A stretch of DNA of 64,000 bases from an uncultured Microthrixaceae bacterium (GCA_963845425.1 CAWJSC010000005.1:238246-302245), one strand, 5' to 3'; shown: positions 29,214 to 39,091, counted from the first letter of the stretch. Notes: generated from the letters alone by a model not told the origin. Program-made: numbers and translations.

Positions 29214-29977
29214 TCTTCCGGCCATGTCCGGCGAATCGGGCGCCAGTACGGCGGTGTACGCTCGGCGGCAGGTGTCAGGGGTGAGCAGCGCAGGCCTTCG
29301 GCGGCGGTGCGGGCGGCGGTGGTGGCCGCCGCGGTGGCGTTCCGGGCGAGCTCGGCCAGGCCGGGGACCTTGTCGGGGTGGCGCAGCACGTAGCGGAGGG
29401 CGGCGCCGACCTTGGGGGAGCCGTCGGGGTTGACCATGGTGAGGGTGGCGGTGTCGACGGTGTCGTCGTCGGCCCGGTCGCTGATGGCCCGGACCGCCGA
29501 CCACGGCACGCCCCGCTCCTGGCAGACGACGGCGACGGCGACGGTCTCCATGTCGACGGCCACGACCCCCGAGTCGATGAAGGTCGCCAGCGTGTCGGGC
29601 GGGTAGCCGTACTCGTCGGAGGACACGATCTCACCCGCCGGATCCAGGTCGCCGAGCGGTGCCGGCGCGAAGCCCCGTCGCTCCGGGAAGTCGCTGACGA
29701 CGCTGGGGATCACGAGGTCCCCGATGGCGACCGACGGTCCGATGCCCCCGGCGATGCCGACGACCACGACGTGGTCGACCTCGGCCCGGTCGAGCATCTG
29801 CCCGACGGCCTCGGTGGCCAGGTCGATGCCGATACCGGTGGTCGTGGCCACGACGTCGGCACCGCCCACCGTGCCGACGTGGCCCTCGAGGTCACCCGAT
29901 CGCCCCTTCGTCAGCCCGAAGGCCTTGACCACCGGCCGCAACTCCGAAGGCATCGGCGCCAGGATCCCGAACCTCAT
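29000..29977 (-). CDS. Nucleoside phosphorylase family protein (MTA/SAH nucleosidase-like); 3' end doubtful
   Basis: MRFGILAPMPSELRP, GIGIDLAT, VVVVGIAGG, VAVDMETVAVA and AVRAISD match the PNP_UDP_1 pattern. The ORF reads on through the palindromic element and 213 nt antisense into the thioesterase gene, so the true stop is probably near 29250-29280. Confidence 0.6.
   Translation of the reverse strand: MRFGILAPMPSELRPVVKAFGLTKGRSGDLEGHVGTVGGADVVATTTGIGIDLATEAVGQMLDRAEVDHVVVVGIAGGIGPSVAIGDLVIPSVVSDFPERRGFAPAPLGDLDPAGEIVSSDEYGYPPDTLATFIDSGVVAVDMETVAVAVVCQERGVPWSAVRAISDRADDDTVDTATLTMVNPDGSPKVGAALRYVLRHPDKVPGLAELARNATAAATTAARTAAEGLRCSPLTPAAERTPPYWRPIRRTWPEDQAPERSDVGSRLAAMRSMTSVKSTRMKRASASAVSRSPAWQVALATMRRPSSSVTQARSVSSSSMGVMWR
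29198..29251. repeat. 54-nt palindromic element, variant A
   Basis: cCGTTCTGGCGCCTGATcttccggccatgtccggcgaATCGGGCGCCAGTACGg. It contains the thioesterase stop codon (29211-29213). Confidence 0.85.
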
Positions 29978-30061
29978 CAGCCCCGTCGCGTCCCGTCCAC
30001 GGGTCCACGGTAGGCGTCGGAGTGTTGCGCGATTCTGCCGGAGGCCCGCCGAGCGGCGAGA

Positions 30062-32225
30062 ATGCCTGCCATGTCCATCGCTCTCACCGACGATCACAAG
30101 GCGCTCGCCGACACCGCTTCGGAGCTGCTGACCAAGCGGGACGCCCGAGGCGCCAACCGGGCGCTGCTCGAGGCGGCCGACGAGCCCATGCCCGCGTTCT
30201 GGGACGAGGTCGCCGGCCTGGGGTGGCTGGGCCTGCACGTGCCCGAGGACCACGGCGGGTCGGGCTTCGGCCTGCCCGAGCTGGTGGTCGTCGTCGAGGA
30301 GCTGGGCCGGGCCGTCGCCCCGGGGCCGTTCGTGCCCACGGTGATCGCCTCGGCGGTGCTCGCCGCGGCGGCGCCCGAGGACGTCCAGAAGCGGGTGCTG
30401 CCCGGTCTGGCCGACGGCTCGGTCGTCGGCGCGGTGGCCGTGGGTGGCGATGTCGCCGTCAGCGGCGGTCAGGCCTCCGGCTCCGCCGTCGTCGTCGGTG
30501 GGGGACTGGCGGATCTGTTCCTGCTCGCCGTCGGTGACGACATCGCCCTGGTCGAGTCGCTCCGCCGACGGCGTGACCGTCGAGGTCCCGGCCAACCTGG
30601 ACCAGGGCCGCCGGTCCGCCCGGGTCACGCTCGACGGTGTGTCCGTCGAGGTCCTGCCCGGCGCCGGCCAGGCGCTGGTCGACCACACCCGCCTGCTGCT
30701 GGCCGCCGAGTGCGTCGGCGTGGCCCGGGAATGCACCGAGCAGGCCGCGGCCTACGCCAAGGAGCGGGAGCAGTTCGGCCGCCCGATCGCCATGTTCCAG
30801 GCGGTCAAGCACCACTGCGCCAACATGCTGGTGGCCACCGAGCTGTCGACCGGCCTGGTGTGGGACGCCGCCCGGGCTGCCGCCGTCGGCGGGGACGAGT
30901 TCTCGGCCGCCGCTGCCATGGCCGCCACCGTCGCCCTCCCGGCCGCGGACGAGTGCGCCAACCTGAACATCCAGGTCCACGGTGGCATCGGCTTCACCTG
31001 GGAGCACGACGCCCACCTCTACCTGCGCCGGGCCACGGCCATCGCCGCCGTAGTCGACGCCGAGCAGGCCGCCGAGGACGTCGTGGACCTCACCCGCAAC
31101 GGTGTGAAGGTCACCCGGGACGTCGAGCTGCCGCCCGAGGCCGAGCCCATCCGGGACGAGGTCCGGGCCTTCGCCGAGCGCATCAAGGGGCTGTCCGCCG
31201 AGGACCAGCGCACCGAGATGATCGAGACCGGGTACGTGCAGCCCCACTGGCCCAAGCCCTGGGGCCGGGAGGCCGCGCCGGTCGAGCAACTGGTCGTCGA
31301 GCAGGAGTTTGCCGCCGCCGGCATCAAGCGCCCGGCCTACGGGATCACCGGATGGGTCATCCTCACGATGATCCAGCACGGCACCGAGGACCAGGTCGCC
31401 CGCTGGGTGCGGCCCACGCTGAACCAGGAGGTCATCTGGTGCCAGCTGTTCAGTGAGCCCGACGCCGGGTCCGACGCCGCCGGGGTGAAGACCAAGGCCA
31501 CGAGGGTCGACGGCGGGTGGCTGGTCAACGGCCAGAAGGTGTGGACGAGCGGGGCGCACGTGGCGTCGTGGGGCCTGGCCACCGTGCGCACCGATCCCGA
31601 CGTGCCCAAGCACGACGGCATCACGACGATGGTCATCGACATGCACGCCGAGGGCGTCGAGGTGCGGCCGCTGCGCATGACCTCGGGGATGAGCGAGTTC
31701 AACGAGGTCTTCTTCAACGACGTCTTCGTGCCCGACGACGACGTGATCGGCCCCGTCGACGGCGGCTGGACCGTCGCTCGAGCCACCCTCGGCAACGAGA
31801 GCGTGTCCATCGGTGGCGGCGACGGCGGGATGTCCTTCCCCGGTGACGGCCTGATCCCGCCCTTCGACGCCGCCCCCGACCGTCTCCCTGGCGGCGCCGG
31901 CCGGATCGGCCGCTACATCGCCACCCACGAGGCCATGGGCATCATGAACCTCCGCAGCGTCCACCAGGCCCTCGGTGGCGGTGGCCCCACGCCCACCGGC
32001 AACGTGACCAAGCTCGTACTGTCCGAGCAGGGCCACGAAGCCGCGGCGATGCTCGCCGCCATGGCCGGCCCCGACGGCGCCTTCCTCGACGGCGCCGGCG
32101 CCATGAGCGGCATGCTCGTCCTCATGCACCGCGCCATGTCCATCGCCGGCGGCACCAGCGAGATCAAGCGCAACCAGATCGGCGAACGCATCCTGGGCCT
32201 GCCGAGGGACCCGCTGATCCGCTAG
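30062..32225 (+). pseudogene. Double-domain acyl-CoA dehydrogenase (FadE-like) with one frame break (about 30555)
   Basis: Two tandem ACAD units: FWDEVAGLGWLGLHVPEDHGGSG...FGRPIAMFQAVKH...IQVHGGIGFTWE, then LFSEPDAGSDAAG...WLVNGQKVWTSGA...GGTSEIKRNQIGERILGLP. Confidence 0.75.
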
Positions 32226-32346
32226 CCGGGCGGCGGGTCCGCCGTCGCGGGGGACTCGTCCCGGCGTTTCCGGCTCCGTCGTCGGCCGGAACGCCGCGGC
32301 GGTGGTCGACGTCGTGGAGGGTCGCTCGGCGGCGAGGGAGAGGCCG

Positions 32347-33296
32347 ATGACCGACTTTCCGACCGTGCGGGTTGCGGCGGTGCAGGCGACGCCGGTGTTG
32401 CTCGACGCCGAGGCGACGGTCGACAAGGCCGTCGGGCTGATCGACGAAGGCCGGCTGCCGACGGCGCCCGGCTGGCCGTGCTGCCGGAGTGCTTCGTGTC
32501 GGCGTACCCGTCGGGGGCGTGGGGGGCGGCCGCGGCGCACTTCGGTGGGGCCGACGAGCTGTGGGAGCGGATGTGGGCGTCCTCGGTCGACGTCGGCGGC
32601 CCACACGTCCAGCGTCTGGTCGATGCCTGTCGCCGCAACGACGTGCACCTCGTCATCGGCGTCAACGAGCGGGAGGACGTCCGCCCGGGCTCGCTCTACA
32701 ACACGATGCTGCTCCTCGGCCCGGACGGCGTGCTGCTGCGACACCGCAAGACGATGCCCACGATGCACGAGCGGGTGTTCCACGGCATCGGCGCCGGCGA
32801 CGACCTGCGGGTGGTGGACGTCCCTGGAGTCGGCCGGGTCGGCGGGCTGATCTGCTGGGAGAACCGCATGCCGCTCGCCCGCTGGGCGCTCTACCAGGGT
32901 GGCCCGCAGATCTGGGTGGCGCCGACGGCCGACGACAGCGACAGCTGGCAGGCGTCGATGCGTCACATCGCCATCGAGGCGGGGGCCTTCGTCATCAGCG
33001 TCCCGCAGTACCTGCCCCGGTCGGCGTTCCCCGACGACTTCCCGGCGGACATCGGCGAGGCCGACTGCCTCGGCCGTGGTGGGGCGGTCGTCATCGACCC
33101 GATGGGCACGGTGATCGGCGGGCCGCTGTACGACGAGGAGGGGATGGTGGTCGCCGACTGCGACCTCCGGGTCGGCCTGCGGGCCAAGCGGTGGTTCGAC
33201 AGCGTCGGCCACTACTCCCGCCCTGACCTGTTCCCGCCGGCTGCCGCCGACGGGCCCGAGCCGGTCGACTCGCCGGTCGCGCCGCCGGACGTCTGA
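32347..33296 (+). pseudogene. Nitrilase/cyanide-hydratase family carbon-nitrogen hydrolase with one frame break (about 32450)
   Basis: VRVAAVQATPVLLD, LAVLPECFVSAYP (catalytic Glu), RHRKTMPT (Lys), GGLICWENRMPLAR (Cys). Confidence 0.75.
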
Positions 33297-33315
33297 CCGG
33301 CAAGCGAGCCTCAGG

Positions 33316-34053
33316 TCAGAGGTCGTCGACCAGCTTGAAGGCCTCGCCGTGGGCGAACCCGGCCGGCTCGCCCATGGCCGCCGTCTGCTCCGCGCTCCCG
33401 CGCCCGGAAGGCCTCCCGTTCGGAGGCGACCTCGCCGAGGTCCTTGAACATGGTCGTCTCGAACTGGGACTCGTGGCACTCGAGGGCCGCCAGCTTGGGC
33501 TCGACCCAGCCGGTGACGTCCTCGACGTGGTCGGGCTCGTCGGCCTCGAAGAGGAGCAGGGTGGACGGGCCGCCAGGGATCGACATCGTGCTCGGGGAAG
33601 AAGTGGGGGTCCCGGGCGGCGACGATGCCGTCACAGGCGAGGAAGCCGGCGGCACGGTGGTCGGGGTGGATGCGGTAGCGCTTCCAGGGGTCGTGGGCCA
33701 GGACGACATCGGGGCGGAAACGGCGGATCCACCAGGCGACGACACCTCGTCGCTGCCAGGGTGACCTCCAGCTCGCCGTCGACCCAGCCGCAGAAGCCGA
33801 CCTCGCCGGTCGCGCCCAGCGCCCGGGCGGCGGCCCGCTGTTCCTCCTGGCGGAGGGCGACCAGCTCATCGGTGTCCTGCGTCGGGTCCCAGGAGCCTTT
33901 GGACCCGTCGGTGAGGATCAGGTGGTTCACCACGCAACCGGCGGCGGACCACTTGGCGAAGGTGGCGCCGCAGTTGAACTCGACGTCGTCGGGGTGGGCG
34001 GCGATGGCCAGGGCCCGGGCGGGGACCTCGAGGTCGGTCGTGAACTCGGTCAT
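33316..34053 (-). pseudogene. PIG-L/LmbE family deacetylase with three frame breaks (about 33400, 33570, 33768)
   Basis: ALAIAAHPDDVEFNCGAT, LTDGSKG, IRRFRPDVVLAHDP...HPDHRAAG and LLLFEADEPDH...ECHESQF are spread over alternating frames. The corrected C-terminus is MGEPAGFAHGEAFKLVDDL. Confidence 0.65.
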
Positions 34054-34633
34054 CCCGCGGCCAGTAGGGGCGTTGTCGGGATGTCCGGCGGCAGGTCCAG
34101 GTCCGCGGGGACGTCGACGTCCCAGGTCAGGCGGGGAGGACGCTCGACGCTGAGGGCCAGGCCCAGGCGCTCGGCCTCCTTGCAGTGGGCGGCGAAGGAT
34201 CCCGGCCCGTAGGCGAACGTGAACCCCGAGGCGGCGGGGACCGAGGCCACGTTCGTCCCGTCCTCGTGGCGGTCGGGAACGAGCGCGACCCCGTCGACCT
34301 CCGCAGCAGGTCGTCGAAGCCGGTCGCCAGCGGGAGGTCGGCGTGGGTGACCAGCACCCGGTCGACGCCCTCGGCGGCGACGGTGGCCACGGCGTCGTTG
34401 ACCGCTCCGTTCAGGCCGTGACCCGGCCGCCACAGCACCCGGGCATCCCGGGACTCGGCCCAGGCGGCCACGTCGTCGTCGTCGCAGACCACGGCGACAG
34501 GCAGGGGAGCGGCCGCGGTCAGGACCCGGTCGGCCATCTCCCGGGCCAGCGCCGCCCGGGCCGGTCCGTCCAGGACCTCGGCGAGGCGCAGCTTCGCCCG
34601 CCCGAAGGCCTTGACCGGCACGAGGACGAGCAT
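34050..34633 (-). pseudogene. cofC: 2-phospho-L-lactate guanylyltransferase (CofC/FbiD, F420 biosynthesis) with one frame break (about 34293)
   Basis: MLVLVPVKAFGRAKLRL, GLNGAVNDAV, LVTHADLPLAT, then in a second frame GVALVPDRHEDGTN...GPGSFAAH. ATGA overlap with the downstream PIG-L gene. Confidence 0.65.
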
Positions 34634-34757
34634 GAAGGGGCGAGTCTACGAACCGTGGGCGTCAGTCACTGAAGACGTGGATCGTGCCGCGGGTTGCGTC
34701 CGCCCACCCGCTGGTCGTGGGCGCGCACGCTGCGGTGCGCCCGTAGTGTGAGCGGCC

Positions 34758-35753
34758 ATGGACGTCCGAGTGGTGGTTCTCGGCGCCGGGTCGTGGGGGA
34801 CGACGGTCGCCCACCTCGCCGCGCACAACACGCCGACCACGCTGTGGGCCCGACGGCCGGACGTGGCCGAGGAGATCAACGCCCACCACACCAACAGCCG
34901 CTACCTGCCCGACTTCACCCTCCACGAGCGCCTCGAGGCCACCGCCGACCTGGCCGCGGCCGTCGGCCAGGCCGACGTGCTGGTCATGGGCGTGCCCAGC
35001 TCCGGCTTCCGGGAGACCCTCGAGGAGGTGCGCCTGCACCTGCGCCCCTGGGTCCCGGTGGTCAGCCTGGCCAAGGGCCTCGAGCAGGGCACCAAGCTGC
35101 GCATGACCGAGGTCATCAACGAGATGGTCCCCGGCCACCCCTACGGCGTGCTCACCGGCCCCAACCTGGCCAAGGAGATCCTCGCCGGCCACGCGGCCGC
35201 GGCGGTCATCGCCATGTCCGACGTCACCGTGGCGACCCGGCTCCAGGACCTGTTCGCCACCGAGCTCTTCCGGGTCTACACCAACGAGGACGTCGTCGGC
35301 TCCGAGTTGGGCGGGGCCCTGAAGAACGTGATCGCCCTCGCCTCGGGCATGGCCGACGGGCTGGGCGCCGGCGACAACACCCGGGCCGCCGTCATCACCC
35401 GGGGCCTCAACGAGCTCACCCGCCTGGGCGTGGCCATGGGCGGCGAAGCCGAGACCTTCTCCGGCCTCGCCGGGATGGGCGACCTGCTCGCCACCTGCAT
35501 CTCCACCCAGAGCCGCAACCGCCACGTCGGCGAGGAGCTGGGCAAGGGCAAGACCATCGAGCAGATCATCGAGGAGATGGACCAGGTCGCCGAGGGCGTG
35601 AAGTCGGCCAAGGTCGTGTTGGAACTGGCCGAGCAGTACGGCATCGAGATGCCCATCACCGCCGAGGTGGCCAGCGTGTGCGCCGGGGCGGCGCCCGCCG
35701 AGAGCGCCTACCGGGGCCTGCTCAAGCGCTCGGCCGCCTCCGAACGGGGCTGA
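34758..35753 (+). CDS. gpsA: NAD(P)H-dependent glycerol-3-phosphate dehydrogenase
   Basis: [12 protein letters not shown] dinucleotide fold, [39 protein letters not shown]. Confidence 0.9.
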   Translation: MDVRVVVLGAGSWGTTVAHLAAHNTPTTLWARRPDVAEEINAHHTNSRYLPDFTLHERLEATADLAAAVGQADVLVMGVPSSGFRETLEEVRLHLRPWVPVVSLAKGLEQGTKLRMTEVINEMVPGHPYGVLTGPNLAKEILAGHAAAAVIAMSDVTVATRLQDLFATELFRVYTNEDVVGSELGGALKNVIALASGMADGLGAGDNTRAAVITRGLNELTRLGVAMGGEAETFSGLAGMGDLLATCISTQSRNRHVGEELGKGKTIEQIIEEMDQVAEGVKSAKVVLELAEQYGIEMPITAEVASVCAGAAPAESAYRGLLKRSAASERG

Positions 35754-35754
35754 G

Positions 35755-37602
35755 GTGACCGATCTCGGGGTCCTCGGCACCGGTCGGCTCGGCGCGGTCG
35801 ACGCCTCGGGCGGGCTGCGGGCTGCCGGGGCCGACTGGTCGCTGGGCTGGTGGATCGGGTCCGAGGACCGCTGGCACGTGCCGCCCGTCGAGGCCGCCGT
35901 GCGCCAGACCCTCGTCGGCCACACCCCCGTGGTCGAGACCCGGGTCCGGGTTGTCAGTGGCGACATCGTGCACCACGCCTTCGCCGCCACCGGCCCGGGC
36001 GGGGCGCCTGCCCTCGTCGTCGAGATCACCAACGAGACGCCGATCCCGGTCGCCATCGGCTTCGTGGTCGACGGCGCGGCGTCGGTCGGCGTGGATGGTG
36101 CGGTGTTGACCGTGGACGGCTACCAGGTCCGCCTGCCCCGCCCGCCGAGCGAGTGGGTGGCGCCCGTCGCCTTCCTGCCGCTGCCCCACAAGGCGACCCT
36201 GCGGGTGGTCGTGGCCCGGGAGGCCCCCGACGCCGATGGCCTGCCCGACGCCGAACAGGTCGCCGCCGGCTGGCGGGCCCAGGGCGACGTCGGCTCCCGG
36301 TGGGTCCTGCCCGAGCCCACCATCGCCGCCGCGGCGGATGCCGCACGCGGTTTTCTGCTCGTGCACGACGGGCCCGACCTGGCCACCACCGCCTGGCTGG
36401 CCGAGGCCCGCCACCAGCTCGGCCTCCGGGCCGAGCAGGGCTTCCGGACCGGCCTCGTGGCCGGCCAGCGCCTGTCGGGCCGGATCCCCGACGTGACCGC
36501 CTCGGAGGCGTCGACCGGCCAGGCTCTCGTCGCCCTCGGTGTCGACCCCGCTCCCGAGCTGGTGGGCCCCGTGGCCAAGGCGGCCCACGCCATCGAGCGT
36601 CGACGTCGGGTCCGCAGGCACCGCAAGGACCCCCAGCGAGCCGGCCTCCTGCCCGGGGGGCCGCAGCCCCCGATCCTCGGCCACGAGGCCCAGACCTACC
36701 TCGACGACTGGTGGTCCGTCGCCGGCCTCGTCCGGGCCGCCCGCCTTCTGGAGGCCGAGGCCCAGCTCGAGGCCTCCGTCGACGCCTGGCGCTTCGCCCG
36801 GGGCCTCGCCGCCGACGTCGACCGCGCCATCACCGTCGTTCTGGCGCCCGATCCTCCGCCCCTGACCGGCGAATCAGGCGCCAGAACGAGCCCGGCGATT
36901 CCCGCGGGGCCGGGGCGGGCGGTGGATGCGGGGATCGTGGGGGTCCTCGTCGGGGCGGGACTGGGGGCGGTCGATCCGGAGGCGCCGGCCGTGGCGGCCA
37001 CCCTGGACCTGATCCGGGATGACCTGACGACGGCGACCGGCGGGGTGACGGCCGGGGTGCTGTCCGACGGGTGGTCGCCGTGGCTGACGGCCCTCCTGGC
37101 CAAGACCGAGATCGGCCTGGGTGACCCCCGCGGCCTCGACCGCCTGCGGGCGCTCGCCACGGTGGCCGCCGGCCGCGGCTCGTGGCCCGAGTTGGTGGGC
37201 GGCGAGCCGGCGATCCCCGTCGACCTGGCCGACCACCACGGGCCGGCCACGGCTGCCTTCCTCCTGGCGGTGCGCTCGTTGCTCGTCGTCGAGCGGGGGC
37301 CGTACCTCCAGCCGCCGGACCGACTGGCCGTTCTTCCCGTCATGGCCCCCGAGTGGTACGGCCAGGGCATCGAGCTCCACGACACGCCCACGGCGTTCGG
37401 TACCTTCGGCTTCGCCGTCCGCTGGCACGGCGACCGCCCGGCGTTGCTGTGGGAGCTGGATCCGTCGCCCACGGCCCCGGCCTTCCGGCTCGAGGCGCCG
37501 GGCCTCGACCCCGCCTGGTCCAGCGCGGACGCCAAGGGTGAGGCCCTCCTCGCCCCCTGCAAGGCCCCCGACGCCGCCGACGTCGAGGTCGACTTCTCGT
37601 GA
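35755..37602 (+). CDS. Hypothetical 615-aa protein, possibly (alpha/alpha)6-barrel glycoside-hydrolase-like, carrying an in-frame palindromic-element insertion
   Basis: Continuous coding-like ORF starting 2 nt after the gpsA stop. Helical-repeat segments (YLDDWWSVAGLVRAARLL, WSPWLTALLAKTE, HHGPATAAFLLAVRSL) suggest a GH15-like barrel. Family assignment is tentative. Confidence 0.5.
   Translation: MTDLGVLGTGRLGAVDASGGLRAAGADWSLGWWIGSEDRWHVPPVEAAVRQTLVGHTPVVETRVRVVSGDIVHHAFAATGPGGAPALVVEITNETPIPVAIGFVVDGAASVGVDGAVLTVDGYQVRLPRPPSEWVAPVAFLPLPHKATLRVVVAREAPDADGLPDAEQVAAGWRAQGDVGSRWVLPEPTIAAAADAARGFLLVHDGPDLATTAWLAEARHQLGLRAEQGFRTGLVAGQRLSGRIPDVTASEASTGQALVALGVDPAPELVGPVAKAAHAIERRRRVRRHRKDPQRAGLLPGGPQPPILGHEAQTYLDDWWSVAGLVRAARLLEAEAQLEASVDAWRFARGLAADVDRAITVVLAPDPPPLTGESGARTSPAIPAGPGRAVDAGIVGVLVGAGLGAVDPEAPAVAATLDLIRDDLTTATGGVTAGVLSDGWSPWLTALLAKTEIGLGDPRGLDRLRALATVAAGRGSWPELVGGEPAIPVDLADHHGPATAAFLLAVRSLLVVERGPYLQPPDRLAVLPVMAPEWYGQGIELHDTPTAFGTFGFAVRWHGDRPALLWELDPSPTAPAFRLEAPGLDPAWSSADAKGEALLAPCKAPDAADVEVDFS
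36836..36889. repeat. 54-nt palindromic element, variant A, inside a CDS (in frame)
   Basis: TCGTTCTGGCGCCCGATcctccgcccctgaccggcgaATCAGGCGCCAGAACGA. It is translated as V-LAPDPPPLTGESGART within the 35755-37602 ORF. Confidence 0.85.
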
Positions 37603-37615
37603 GCGACCCGCGATC

Positions 37616-37669
37616 CCGTTCTGGTACCAGCCCTGTATGCCCCAGTGGACATGGCTGGTACCAGAACGG
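37616..37669. repeat. 54-nt palindromic element, variant A2 (GTTCTGGTACC arms)
   Basis: CCGTTCTGGTACCAGCC-20 nt-GGCTGGTACCAGAACGG, with perfect arms (18 bp including the flanking C/G). An extra partial arm GGCTGGTTCTGGT lies at 37676-37688. Confidence 0.9.
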
Positions 37670-37747
37670 GCTGGCGGCTGGTTCTGGTGACGGACCATGG
37701 CCCTCCACGGGCACCTCCAGCCGCCCGAACGGGGTGGGGGTGAGGGC

Positions 37748-38965
37748 GTGAGCAGCTTCTGGGAGCGAATACGGAGGAAGCCGTCGGTCGAGGAGGCGTT
37801 ACGGGCAGGGGGTGTGCCGCAGGAGGAGATCGAGCACGCCGCCGCCGTGGGTGGGTTGGAGCTGCTGGCCATCGACCGGCTGCTGGACGATTCGCCCCGC
37901 ACCCTCAGCCAGCGGGACATCGCGGCCGAGAGCGGGATCGAGCTGGAGGAGGTCTCCCGGGTCTGGCGGGCACTGGGCTTCCCCCACGTGGAGCCCGACG
38001 AGCCGGTCTACACCCGGGCCGACGCGGACATGACCGTGCTGGTCGGCTCCCTGCTCGACCGGGGCCTGGCCGACGCCGATCTCACGATGCAGATGGCCCG
38101 GGTCATCGGCCAGTCTCTCTCCCGGGTGGCGGCCGCCCAGGTGGCCGTCACCGTCGACCGCCAGACCAAGATGCCCGCCGAGCAGGTGGCCGGCGCCCCG
38201 TTCGCCGAGCGGGTCGAGCTGCTCTTCCAGTTCATGCCCGGCGTCCTCGAGTACGTCTGGCGCCGCCACCTCGAGGTCGAGGCCCGCCGCCGGTTGGCCC
38301 AGCTCGAGGGCGCCGACGCCGAGGGCGAGCCGGCCACGCTGGTCGTGGGCTTCGCCGACCTGGTCGGCTTCACCGCCCTGTCCCAGCAGATCCCCGAGAG
38401 TGAACTGGCCCACGTCGTCGGCCGCTTCGAGGAGGTGGCGGCCGACGTGGTCAGCAGCCACGGTGGCCGCCTGGTCAAGACCATCGGCGACGAGGTCATG
38501 TTCAGCGCCGACGACATCGTGGCCGGCGCCGAGATCGCCCTCGGGCTCTCGGAACAGTTCCGGGCCGAGGAGGTCGTCTCCGACGTCCGGGTCGGCCTCG
38601 CCTACGGCCCGGTCCTGCAGTACGAGGGCGACCTCTACGGTCCGATCGTCAACCTGGCCCACCGCATCGTCGGCATCGCCTACCCGGGCTCGGTCGTGGT
38701 GCCCGAGCCTGTCGAACAGGCGCTGGACGCCGACGGTCGCTTCACCCTCCACAGCATCCGGGCCCACACCCTGCGCGACATCGGCAAGGTGCCGCTCTGG
38801 CTCCTGCGCCGCAAGGAGGAGGAGATGTCCCTCCTCGACAAGGCCCGCCTCCGCCGCGAGGTCGGGCGGGCCTGGATCGAGGAGCGCTTCGGCACCGTCC
38901 TCGATCGCGGCGTTCAGCCCGCCCCGCCGCCGACCCCGGCCGAGGATGAGGCCGACGATGCCTGA
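37748..38965 (+). CDS. Adenylate/guanylate cyclase (class III) domain protein with N-terminal regulatory domain
   Basis: Cyclase core VVGFADLVGFTALS...RLVKTIGDEVMF...VRVGLAYGPV...GDLYGPIVNLAHRI. GTG start chosen at 37748. Confidence 0.8.
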   Translation: MSSFWERIRRKPSVEEALRAGGVPQEEIEHAAAVGGLELLAIDRLLDDSPRTLSQRDIAAESGIELEEVSRVWRALGFPHVEPDEPVYTRADADMTVLVGSLLDRGLADADLTMQMARVIGQSLSRVAAAQVAVTVDRQTKMPAEQVAGAPFAERVELLFQFMPGVLEYVWRRHLEVEARRRLAQLEGADAEGEPATLVVGFADLVGFTALSQQIPESELAHVVGRFEEVAADVVSSHGGRLVKTIGDEVMFSADDIVAGAEIALGLSEQFRAEEVVSDVRVGLAYGPVLQYEGDLYGPIVNLAHRIVGIAYPGSVVVPEPVEQALDADGRFTLHSIRAHTLRDIGKVPLWLLRRKEEEMSLLDKARLRREVGRAWIEERFGTVLDRGVQPAPPPTPAEDEADDA

Positions 38966-39091
38966 CGACCGCAACCGGACGTCGAGGGTCCCACGAGCGC
39001 GTTAGCGGGGGACGCCGCCGAGCCGGACGGTTCGACGGACGCCCCCCGGGAGTGGACGTACCTGGCCGAGCTCATCGGCCTGACGGCGGTC

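Noticed and set aside
30459-33869. 1136-aa minus-strand ORF, with similar long ORFs at 729-1901(-), 3940-5163(-), 47546-49075(-), 53179-55419(-) and 47806-50298(+)
   Set aside because: They are extremely Arg/Pro/Gly/His-rich, contain no recognisable motifs, and lie antisense or out of frame to clearly conserved genes. These are typical shadow ORFs in high-GC DNA where stop codons are rare.
38959-39005. 15-codon ORF (MPDDRNRTSRVPRAR) overlapping the adenylate cyclase stop
   Set aside because: It is too short to be a gene on its own. It may be the displaced N-terminus of the downstream sulfatase-like gene, but this cannot be shown from the sequence alone.
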